Assembly (NCBI GenBank): GCA_977030845.1
Contig: OZ365109.1
Span: 11,284,001 to 11,348,000 of the forward strand
Reading direction: 5' to 3'
Length of the DNA: 64,000 bases
Source of the DNA: Fimbriosthenelais zetlandica
Lineage: Eukaryota
Within the stretch, counting starts at the first letter, position 1. Each line of letters opens with the position of its first letter. This document shows positions 1-33,400 of this stretch, piece by piece. A program made the position numbers and the translations under genes. Below the pieces are notes generated by a model. That model worked only from the letters and a program-made list of their open reading frames with translations, ran no database searches and was not told where the DNA came from.

Positions 1-21067
<21,067 letters not shown>

Positions 21068-21405
21068 GGTGACTTGCTTTGTTGGCCTGTAAGGGTACTA
21101 TAGTTGGTAATTGGGTTTAATCCACATAACTAGCTTGTTATTTAGCTTGCTTGAACACACGGATACTCCGCTGCTACTCCTTCCTTACCGGAAGTTGTCA
21201 TTTTGATGTTACGCATGCGCAGTAAATCCAGGTCACCACGGTCCATGATTTCTTCAAATAAAACAAATTATATCTGATTTTCATTGCAGATTATTACGTT
21301 TAGTGACAAGTAACAACTTGTCATCCATGGAATAATTTGGAATTTTGCAAATTAAAAAAAAAAAGTTTGAATGAGGTCACGTGACGTATGAGGAGGTAAG
21401 GGAAA
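21068..21405. promoter_or_regulatory. Bidirectional promoter region shared by the myosin and KHDC4 genes
   Basis: Divergent start codons 338 bp apart. ETS/GABP CCGGAAGT 21188-21195, NRF1-like ACGCATGCGCA 21211-21221, palindromic E-box GTCACGTGAC 21376-21385, YY1-like AAAATGGCC over the KHDC4 ATG. Confidence 0.75.
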
Positions 21406-24400
21406 ATGGCCTCTTCTATAGATCGGTATGTTTGCCTTTGTCCACTCTTCTATTTTGCTTAAATGCCTTGTTTGTTTTCGCGTATGGTGCTGCATTTGCC
21501 GGTTAGTTTGATAAAGACAATCCAGGGATTATTTTGCGCTGGTTTTCCTCCCTGAAGTACGCATATTGACTTGTAAATTCATGGATAATTATCATCGACG
21601 TGTTTTGTTTTGACTTGTCAATTGATCAATCATGGCCTGCCACCGAAATGTGACAATTTTGTGTTCTGAATGCTGCATCAGGCCCTACTTGGATACAGAC
21701 TGGTATTTTTGCCTATCTGTAGGTTTTAACTTATTTTTTATCACCTCAGCACAGCGGGACCCCTGTACTAATGCTGAATATATTGGATTTTTGGAGTGTG
21801 TTCAAATTTTTTTTTGTAAAAAAAGGACGCACATTTGATTTTCTTGGGAAGTGGCAAGTGCGCCTAAATGACGCACATTATTTCTGGGTCAGGATAATAC
21901 CAGGGTTTTAGGACGTAACAGTTTATCATTGATTCGTAATAAGGTTAAATTAAGTTTTAATTAATTTTTAGGAGGGCAGGCACGTGTCACTGGTTAAGTT
22001 GAGTGTGTGGTGCGTCCATTTCCGATATCATTTCGTTCACTTCTGTCTTCAATCACGTAAAAATTGTTTGCTGAATTTTCTTTTCAATTTTGTACAGGAA
22101 TAATCGGGTTAATACAAAATGGGACGATGGTCAGTTTAAAGGAGGCAGGAGCAGTTTGGAAGCAGCAGCCGAAGCCGCAGCCAGAGTTAACGCCATGTTG
22201 ATTGCTAAAGGCAAACTCAAACCCTCCCAACTCTCACAGACCCAGGCCCCCAGACCCAAGGTACGTTTACAAACCCCCCAACTGTTTTTTTCAATTCCCA
22301 AAAGGGGTCGGTTTAAGGAGGGAGCGGGGTATATATGGAGGGGAAAGAAAGTGGCAGGGTGTAAGTGATTTCCTGCCTACTGATACTATCCTCCTACATT
22401 AACAGTGAATGGAGAACAAGTTCGTCTCTACCAGATATAAGACGAGGCTACATTCATTCAGACATTTATTATAAATCTTAAATGTATTATAATTTATACT
22501 AAAATTGCCATTTGGGAAAATAACAAATTTAGCCCATGTTAATGGTCATAACACAAATACCAATAGATATTTTACATAGTAAATGATGACAAGTGAATTT
22601 CAATTTGATTAAATTTCTTTATTCTACTAAATTCAGAAATATCAACTAAGTTTTATGGTGATAAATGAGGGGGTAAATTTTATATAATAGTGATTTTCTG
22701 TAATTTTCCTTCATATTTTATCGAATATTATCTACAGTTATGTTCAGGGGTGATATCTTCACTATATTTTTCTTATTACAATGGCCCCGATTCTAATGGT
22801 AGCTTCACGTAATATGGAAAAGGATTTTGATAATGATCACATGTTGCGATTGTACTAAGTTTTGTATTTATTTTTCAGAGAGCTGATGAGAACCCTGCCC
22901 CGTACCTTCAGCCCCCGCCCGCCGGGTCAGCAAATAACCTGGTCGTGGCTGAGGTGGAGATCAATGATGTTCCTATAGGATGTAGGAACATCCTCACCCG
23001 AGGCTCAATGCAGGATGAGGTATGTTCATACCAGGTTTTTTTGGTTTTTTAAAAGATTAATCTATGTTTATTTCCTGGAAAATGAAAAATGCGTTTTTGA
23101 GTACTGGAAATACATGGAAAACCAATCATACTCCTGCAAACTCCTGGAAAGAATCTTGAAATGCTTTTGTTAATAATAATATGCTTCTGATATATAAGAT
23201 GTCAAACTCCTACGAACCCTGATTCCGTAATAGCACAAAAATAATCAGGACAGTTTGCCTCTAAAATTATAGGCACACCTTCGAAAGATTTGCTGATTAA
23301 AATTTTAGGAACATGATGGATTTGTGAAAAATTGTTTTTTTGATTTCAATTATTCAGTCAAGTGCATGTCTTTACACATTATTTTTGGTGATATTATAAT
23401 AAGATTTATTTTAATTAACAGATTTCTAAGATGAGCGGAGCTGCAGTGTCGACTAGAGGACGCTACATGAGTCATGAAGAGCGAGTGACCGGTAATACTG
23501 GAGGGTGAGTACAGATTAAAATAATTAAAATCACTCGTCTGCAAACTAGGAGAAATCGTCTATGCCCCTGCAGGGCTAGCTCAGTTGAAGTCTAACTCAT
23601 CCTAGCTGTAAATGTCTTGTTCCAACAGAGATGCCACTTTTCCTACAATTGCAGGAATTCCGACTTTGTCTCGATCTCTTAATAATTCAGTAAAATGTGC
23701 CCGTTTATGTGTTTATGTGCCTGTTTCAAAATCTGCTACCGGTAGGTCTATCTTGTCCCCTCCCAGATCAGATGCTGTAGGTCTGTAAATTCGGGCCTGT
23801 CCGTCACCGGACTGCCCCCTAGTTTCTTAGACCTAAATTAACAGTTGACCTAGATTTGACCAACTCACCCGCTCTATTCTTTAACCTTCCTCCATGTTGG
23901 TAGGAGATCGTTATAGGCCTATAGGGACCCTAGGCTGTGAATCCTACAAAAAGTTAGAGGAGTTTATCTCTGTTTTAATTTCACCTTGATGGTATTTTCT
24001 TCACACGATCAAGGAGAGTGACTCAGTGAGCATTCCACTGTTTTATTTCGACAGTTTTTCCAACGCCGGTCATAACTAATATAAGTATTATTTGAGTTGG
24101 AATCTAGACAGCCTGCTCGGGAGTTCATAATACACATCCCGCCATATTGGATATGCAAGTCCCTTTTATATATAGCATTTTAGGGCCCAGGGGACATATC
24201 TGGGGTGTTTGTATACCTTTATTATCATTATCAAAAATTTCCTACTTTTTGAGTTCCTCTGAGTGGCATCTCTGTTCCAAGAATTTAGAACTATTTCAAC
24301 TTTGTATATATCGTAAATTTAAAGATATATTTAAATGCTCAATTGATGAAAACCTACACTACCATGTAGACATATTCAGAATACTTTAATTTTTTTTTTA

Positions 24401-27400
24401 AATATGCAGAACATTAATGTCAAGCTCCATCTTTCAGAGAACGACCACTGTACTTGTGTGTCCAAGGACCAACACAGGAAAGTGTTGACGGTAAGAAACT
24501 TTATGACAATTTCTTGGACTTAAATTATAATAATTTATAATTTCACTCATAAAAGTAGTTTTAAATCACTATGGAGGAGAAAGAAAGTGGCAGGGTGTAA
24601 GTGATTTCCTGCCTACTGATACTATCCTCCTACATTAACAGTGAATGGAGAACAAGCTCGTCTCTACCAGATTAAGACGAGGCTACATTCATTCAGACAT
24701 TTATTATAAAATATAATTAATAATATCAGATATGGGACCAAAACACGTGTAACAGTCTATGCTACAAAATGTCACATTTTGCAGCTTCTTATGATAAAAT
24801 AGTTCTAAGCAGGACTTGAAATTAACGCTAGCTAGCTAGATAACTGCTCGTGGCCCTTTTTGCTAGTAATAAAATAAGGAGCTAACCGATCACTGCTAGT
24901 GACTTCAAATTCCCAACAGATCACTCTTTCATCTTTTGACAGCTTTGTTGATTTGCTAAATAGAAAAAATTGCTGTGCTAGTGGATACAAGTTAATTTTG
25001 TGCCCCAAAACACTATAATTGAAGTACACAGGTCTATATTTGATCTAATATTTTTCTTCCCCTTGAAAATATCCAATTTTTCATTAAAGCTTAATGTGCA
25101 CAGGCATTGAATGAGTTGAATGGAAGCTGACTATTGCCATTGGATTTCTAGGAGTATACTCTTTATTCCAAATACCCATTTTATACTGAAAAATGGTGAT
25201 GAATTTTATGAGTAATATGTTTGTTACAGCGGCCGTTGCTCGTATTAAGGAGATCATATCTAACGGTTTAAAGCCCAAGTCACCGCGGTTTGGAGTGATG
25301 CAGGGACCGCTGGGTCCCCGCCCCCCACTCAACCAGCCCCCACCACTCATGTCGCTCAACACGCAGCCTGCCGGGGTAAGTTTACATACTCTATAATTAA
25401 CAAAAATCACAATTATAGCCTGAACTAACTGAGCTACCATCTCCCTACAATCTGCTCTATAGCCTGAACTAACTGAGCTACCATCTCCCTACAATCTGCT
25501 CTATAGCCTGAACCCACTGAGCTACCATCTCCCTACAATCTACTTTATAGCCTGAACCCACTGAGCTACCATCTCCCTACAATCTACTTTATAGCCTGAA
25601 CCCACTGAGCTACCATCTCCCTACCATCTACTTTATAGCCTGAACCCACTGAGCTACCATCTCCCTACAATCTACTTTATAGCCTGAACCCACTGAGCTA
25701 CCATCTCCCTACAATCTGCTGTCTAGCCTGAACCCACTGAGCTACCATCTCCCTACAATCTGCTTTATAGCCTGAATCCACTGAGCTACCATCTCCCTAC
25801 AATCTACTTTATAGCCTGAACCCACTGAGCTACCATCTCCCTACAATCTGCTGTCTAGCCTGAACCCACTGAGCTACCATCTCCCTACAATCTACTTTAT
25901 AGCCTGAACCCACTGAGCTACCATCTCCCTACAATCTGCTCTATAGCCTGAATCCACTGAGCTACCATCTTCCTACAATCTGCTCTATAGCCTGAACTCT
26001 ATAGCCTGAACCCACTGAGCTACCATCTCCCTACAATCTACTTTATAGCCTGAACCCACTGAGATACCACCTCCCTACAATCTGCTCTATAGCCTGAACC
26101 CACTGAGCTACCATCTCCCTACAATCTGCTTTACGATCCAATTAATATGTTCTACAGTACATGCACCTAGAAATATCCATTGCACGGAAGGCAATGTAGT
26201 AATGCACATAGAAAGAGCCCCACCTGAAAATCATACGAGTTATCAAGAGTGAGAGCTGGTATTCGCCCATAACAGGCTCTATAAACATTCTAACCAAAAA
26301 TAAAAGAGGAAAAAAGAGAACGATTTATAAAGTTGTATTTTCTGTCTTTTCTCCCATGTTTAGCCGCCTCTACAGCTAGCCTACGTTCAGGAGAAGTTAC
26401 TCATTGGTCTGGAACACGCGCCTCCCTCATTCGACTGTAAATCTAAAATGCTAGGACCACAGGTGAGTCGAACCTACTCATATTACAAAATGACAGTTTG
26501 AAATAGATAATATTCCCACTAAGACATACTCAGTAAAGCGACAATCTCACTATGTGACCACTAAATGGTCATTTCCAAATGTTTTAATATCACTAAGACA
26601 TACTCAGTAAAGCGACCATCTCACAATGTGACCACTAAATGGTCATAAATTTCCAAATGTTTTAATACCACTAAGACATACTCAGTAAAGCGACCATCTC
26701 ACTATATGACCAGTACATGGTCTAGACTCCACATCTGATTGTAACATTTTACTCTGGTTTTCTAGGGATCGTATCTTCAGCACATACAGAACGAGACTGG
26801 AGCTAAGATCACACTTAAGGGTAAATCGTCAGGCTACATAGAACCACTGACCGGCCGCGAGTCATTTGAACCCATGCACATTCACATCCAGTAAGTACTC
26901 GCTCTTTACTCAACAGTTTGTCAAATAAAACTATGAAGGGAGAGTAGGGGAGATAGCTCAGTTAGTTGACCAATGATTGAAGGGTCGGCGGTTCAATCCC
27001 CCGAGCTGTCCAATGGATTTCCAATGCCTCCCTCCTCAGGGTGTTGGTGTGTTGTAAAGGTACTAGAGCACATGCAGCTAGAAATATACACAGAAGGCAA
27101 TGTAGTAATGCACATAGAAAGAGCCGCCAGCTGAAAATCGTACGTAAAGTAAACTTGAGTAATCAAGAGTGTGAGCTGGTATCCACCCATAACATGGCTC
27201 TATTAAAAAAAATAGAAGTAAAAAATGGAGTAGATCTAGGAATTAAGGCACCTCTGGTTTGCCACGAGCTTTTTAACCCAACTTCTAGTTTAACGTTGGA
27301 TTAGACAATCTGGTAAATCTGCTTTGCTGGCATGACACATTGTATGCATGAGTGTATCAATTCATCAATTTTTTTTTATAAAAAATACTCATATTTTTTT

Positions 27401-30400
27401 CCAGACATCAGAACATGCCGGGACTGTTGCAGGCCAAACAACTTACTGAGAATCTGATACAAACTGTAAGTAGACAACTTTCATTTAGTATTTACCTCTA
27501 TATTCATACCATGTTGATTATTCATTGTTTATCATACTAACTGATGCTGTGGAATCTTCTCTATCCAGTCTTGTAGCAATATTTGAAGCTGATAAAAGCT
27601 AACAGAAGTATATCTATTGTAATCTCTTATTAGGCTCGGTTGGTTCAACATGAAGATTTAGCATGAACCCCCATTATCTCTACTTAAGAAGAATTTGTAT
27701 AAATTTCACGTATAAATATGTAGCTTTTAAGCAGGATTTGGTAGATTTAGCTCCTGAATATTCATTTCTCTGATTTTTCCCCTCGTTTTCCTACAGATTT
27801 GACTTCCAGAATGTTTAAAAATATGAGAAATTTAATGCTGGAAAGTTTTGATTACAGAAGCTCGAGAGGATCTATCAAAAAATTGTAGATATTTGGAAAG
27901 AATATGACTCTAAAAATTTCTAAATGTCATGTATATTTGGCCCGTTACCCCACAGATTTATTTTATATTAAACATTTAGTGAAAGGAACTACAGATCTTG
28001 GATGGTGCTGCAATAGACTTTTCTCAACTTATTCTGTTTTCTAGCTCCACCTGAATCTTTTAAACCTTGTATTTCTTGTATCTAGGGCCCTGTAGTTGAT
28101 CCTCTCAAGTATAGAGCTTAAATATGGAGTGTTTAACAGTTATTGACGACTTAATGCCACTAACACAAATATTGAAATAAGCTTGCATGACATACTGTAA
28201 ACATATCATGTCCAAAAACTTTAAAACTTATCAAACAAGATATTATATTCCTGTGGTTTAATCATGGAATCAGGATTCAGTTTTCTTACTTCCCTACTTC
28301 CAAAATCCTCCAAAAATATGTGAATAAACATTTGGGTTGTGATTTCTTTAAGATTGAGATGTTTTCATCATATTTAAAATTTAATTTTGGTTTTGTCTTG
28401 TTCTGCTGCCTTTCCTATTGCTTTTTGGGGGACAGTCTTGGCCCCGCCCCCACCATCCCCCGCCACCCACTCTGATGTCTATGTTTCAATTCAATGATTA
28501 CATAAAAAGTCAGGTTTTGTGACCTCTTTCAGAAGAATGGTTAAAAAATGTCCAAAGGATTTGTCACCTCGTAAATGTTTGGACATGTTAAAATGGTTTA
28601 ATCAAAATTTAGGCGATGTATAATGGAAGTTATTTGTATGCAAAATATGAGGCTCTTTTGCTCGCCTTTTCTTGACATATTTTTGCCAATGTCTCCATAG
28701 GAAAAAAAACAATGAATGACGGGCTACTAGATAGACCTATTAGTTAACTCAATGTCGTATTTATTGTTTTGTTTAAATTTTGTTTAGGACAAATTTGGTG
28801 TCTGTTCTAAAGTGCACCTGTCACCTCCTGCTTGTCGGTTTATGTCTACGGGGGAGTGTTTGTAAGTTAATTGACATCACTCATTGTGCCCCGGGGTTCC
28901 TGTTTAGTTGGTCGGTTAGGTTTAAGGCTCCCACACACCAAGCCGACAGCTACCACTGGCCGTCAAATTTTGCCAAATTTCTAGCGTCTGTTGGTTTGTG
29001 ATAGTTGAAAATTATGAAGATTTGATTTGGAAGGCTGTACTCGATGTATCATATCATATATCATAGCCCGGCAGATTGTGGTCAAAAACTGACAGATTTG
29101 CATCAGTCCTTGGAATATTTCGATTATCATCAGGCATGGGAATCTTCAGGTGAAAGCCGGAATACCAGCCTTTTAGGAGACGCCAGGGCCAAAGGTGATT
29201 CCTGCCATCAGTAAATCTGATGAGAAATGCCCGTTTTTTTGAGGTGGTGCATTGGATCATTGGTTATGTGAAACACAATCAATTCTACGTCTGATGATGT
29301 AGCTTGATAAATTGTTGGGTGATGAATTGTAAGCCTAGTTTTAATATTCCCGCGTATCTAGACACCCCTAGCCTCACCTCCTCACTCCTCCCTCTCAACC
29401 TTACGGCCACCTCTCTGTACCTCACACATATATGACACATTTTATTTGGTTTGCAGAATCGTCAGGTTTCCAGAGTATTCTTAGCATGACCTACCCCTTG
29501 AGGGAGGCTTCCCTCCATATAGTTTTCCTCCAATCATTCAATTTCTCTTTTTGATTTTCACTGTGTGTGTCAACTCAAATAATTGAACAATACTTGATTT
29601 TGACTCAGAAATAGATGCTGCAATGGTCTTTTTTCAAAAAAAATAAAATAGATACATATTGTTACACCATAAGAGAGCGGTTGGGCTTTTCCCTGTACCC
29701 TAACATTGTTCCCATCTCTTCATACATTGGCTTGCATATATACCCCAGCTTTAAGTTTCTGTTGGCTATGTCGATACTTCATTTACTTGTATCTATTTCT
29801 TAATACCAGCTTTCAACCAGTGGTTGTAGGGGGCCATCATGTTATGGGCTTGATCCACTTATTTTCTTTTCAATTTTTTTTTGGATTCAGTAAAGGTTGG
29901 CGAGCGTTTGGAAGTGACTAGTTACTGTATACTATTGCTGTAAATATTTATAATTTGTGTGGAGTTGAAAAACAACCAGTAGTTATTCTCTCACCCTTGT
30001 ATGGCCTCACACCAAGACAATATTAACAATTTTGTTCTCCTCACTTCGTCCAAAAAAACTCATGAAAGTATTTTTGCAAGTAACATGGTTGTCATGTGTT
30101 ATATTTGTATCTGAGGGCACCTTTCTTTACATCACTTCCTCCTCCCTCTCCTCTTCCCTCTCTTCCCTTTCCTCTCTCTTCTCAGAGAAGAGTTAATCTT
30201 TCACGTACTTCATCATATTGGTGTTTTCAGTTTCAGAAGTTGCTGTTTTCAGACAGGGTTGGATTTTGTAATTTATCTAAGATAGAGTAACCCCCCTTAT
30301 TCAAAGATATCTTACTTTATATTTAAGGCAACCCCCCAGTTCTGACTTGTTATATAATATGTTTAATGATAGATATTATGAAAATGTCCCCAGTCACCAA

Positions 30401-33400
30401 ATTGCAGACACTTTCAAAACTATCTATTCTCCTAAGCTATGATTGTCTAATAATGGTGTTAACCTAATACCCATGTGGGCTGGCCTATTATCATCTACTA
30501 AGTTCATATCTGTAATCTCAGATCAAATCCCTCCTAAGAAACTATTGGGTTGTTAATGAATTCCCGGCTCGTTCAGAGATCTAGAGAAGGTTCCGGAAGC
30601 TCGCAAGTACACGAAACGTGAGTACACGAAGGCTGTGACGCGTCATGTACAGTTAACTGGGCTCTGGTACAGTTATCTGGGCTCTGGTACAGTTATCTGG
30701 GGTTTGGGTTGATGAACAATATGTCTTTTATCTCTTTTAGGTACAGCAGGATTACGCATCCTTCCAGCAGGCGTTGGCAGCCATGCCTCACAACCTAGCT
30801 CCAGGGACTGCTACTATTCTTGCTGGTATTCAGCAGCAGAGTAAGTCCACTCAGTTTCCATAGTCTCCACCAGGGGGTAGCACCCTACTCTTACCTCCCC
30901 CTGGTGTGAGCTAAGTGTACCACACCCCGCGAGGTGTTTATTGTATTCCCTCTTTTTATTGCAATGTTTTTCTATAGATTTTCTCATCCGATCTCGTCTG
31001 CACTACTTGTGTTCCTGTAGGCGGTGTAAAGGGCGGCAAACGCGTGGCACTTGTTTTACTTTCAGCCGTCATATAAGATGTCCATATAGACTTGTATGAC
31101 AAGCTAACTTTAAATGAGTTGCTCAGACTTACAGTTAGCTACATTAGTCATTAACTTGCCCTCATTAAATGGAGTTTAAAGTACTGTTCAAATACAGATA
31201 CTCGTGGGTCCAGTCTTAACATGGGCTTTTGAACTGAATATCCTTCTCTGACCTCAAGCCCTAATTGTTTGAATTTCTTACTCTAGTTTCAGAAATATTG
31301 AATATTGATAGATTATGAAGGAACCAATAGTTAGTCTTCAAATGGTCCCGCAGTACTTGAATCCCAGAGTCGCTCTTTTCAATGACTTTTATTCCAAATA
31401 TATTTGAATCGTACAATAACTTTTTGGGAGCTGTCTAGTATTTTTTTCTTGTCTCCTTTTAAGATAGCCAGATTTGATGTTCTTTAGTTCTGAGAACTAA
31501 TTGCCTTACAGGGTTGTGAGCTCCTGTAGCTCAGACTACAGCATTTATTGTTTGATGTTCACTCTTTTGGTCTTCAGATAAACTCAGACTACATCTGACA
31601 GACAACTTGCCAGAACACGAGTGACACTCACATTGCTGAAGGCGCGAGTGACGCTCACATTGCTGAAGGCGCGAGTGACGCTCACATTGCTGAGGGCACG
31701 AGTGACGCTCGCATTGCTGAGGGCACGAGTGCCGATCACATTGCTGAAGGCACGAGTGACGCTCACATTGCTGAAGGCACGAGTGACGCTCACATTGCTG
31801 AGGGCACGAGTGAGGCTCACATTGCTGAGGGCACGAGTGCCGATCACATTGCTGAGGGCACGAGTGACGCTCACATTGCTGAGGGCACGAGTGACGCTCA
31901 CATTGCTGAGGGCACGAGTGACGCTCACATTGCTGAGGGCACGAGTGACGCTCACATTGCTGAGGGCACGAGTGCCGATCACATTGCTGAGGGCACGAGT
32001 GCCGATCACATTGCTGAGGGCACGAGTGAGGCTCACATTGCTGAGGGCACGAGTGAGGCTCACATTGCTGAGGGCACGAGTGCCGATCACATTGCTGAGG
32101 GCACGAGTGACGCTCACATTGCTGAGGGCACGAGTGACGCTCACATTGCTGAGGGCACGAGTGCCGATCACATTGCTGAGGGCACGAGTGCCGATCACAT
32201 TGCTGAGGGCACGAGTGACGCTCACATTGCTGAGGGCACGAACTCGTGATGCTCGCATTGCTGAGGGCACGAGTGTCCTCACATTGCTGATGGCACGAGT
32301 GACGCTCACATTGCTGAGGGCACGAGTGCCGCTCACATTGCTGAGGGCACGAGTGACGCTCACATTGCTGAGGGCATGAGTGCCGATCACATTGCTGAGG
32401 GCACGAGTGACGCTCACATTGCTGAGGGCACGAAGATGCAGCCCGAGTTTAGTTTTAATTTTATGCCATGACTAAATGTTGCCCTTTTATGTACAGATTG
32501 TACATGTGCAGTCTGCATCACCGTATTACATGGTCAGATATATACAGATGAGGCAATATCATGTCATAATATCCAAATTTACACCTCCCACACTCCCAGG
32601 CAATTAGTTTACAGAGTAAGAACTAACATATCAGGAGAAAAGATACTCTTATACTTGGTGTAGATCACCAGAGAAGCATGGATATGATTATTTGTGTCCT
32701 ATACATCGAAAATCTACCGTATATATTCACTTTAACCGCTGTCGGAGATCTTTCACATAAATTAATGGTTCTTTTCAATAGAAAACTACGACAAGTGACG
32801 TTTGTTTAGCCGTTTTTCCATGTTCACGTTGAAGGCTGTATTTCTATCTCACCTATTTTAAGTTTATCATGCATTAACTGTTGATTATTCCACCGTTAAA
32901 TTTTTATGTTGATTAAGAATTAGTGTTGATATCCATAGATTGATTTCTATTTTCTAAGGGACAGATGAGGACCAGAAATAGTAATCTACTTTTATGAGAA
33001 AATAAAATTGATTTCACTGCTCCATGATTAAAGCCTTCCTTTGCAGTTGACAACCCGTCCTTTAATAACTATTGATTTCAGAATCACTATTATAGAAGCC
33101 GATGTAAACTTGCCAGTTACACTTCGTTTTGAACAATTGCTGAAAAAAACATGAAAGTTTCCTTTAACTATTTTGGCGCTAAAACTGATTTTGTCCAGTA
33201 ATCCTATCCCTCAGTACCCGATATACATACCAATGAATCCACATATTTCTACATAGGTTCAAACATCGCAAAAGCACAACAAATTCAAAACTAAAAAAAA
33301 CTCGTACGACTATTAACAAGTAACGATACCAGTGAATAATGAGTAACCTTATTTCAGGATTTGAACGGCCTTTGTTTCAGCGGGCGGCGTTTTGATGTAG

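Noticed and set aside
25414-26133. CRISPR-like appearance of the 44-bp and 27-bp arrays
   Set aside because: The units are contiguous with no unique spacers, there are no cas genes, and the context is a eukaryotic intron.
31584-32417. 277-aa (-) and 252-aa (+) ORFs with 9-aa repeats
   Set aside because: By-product of a 27-bp minisatellite inside a KHDC4 intron. Open on both strands, with no unique sequence or splice context.
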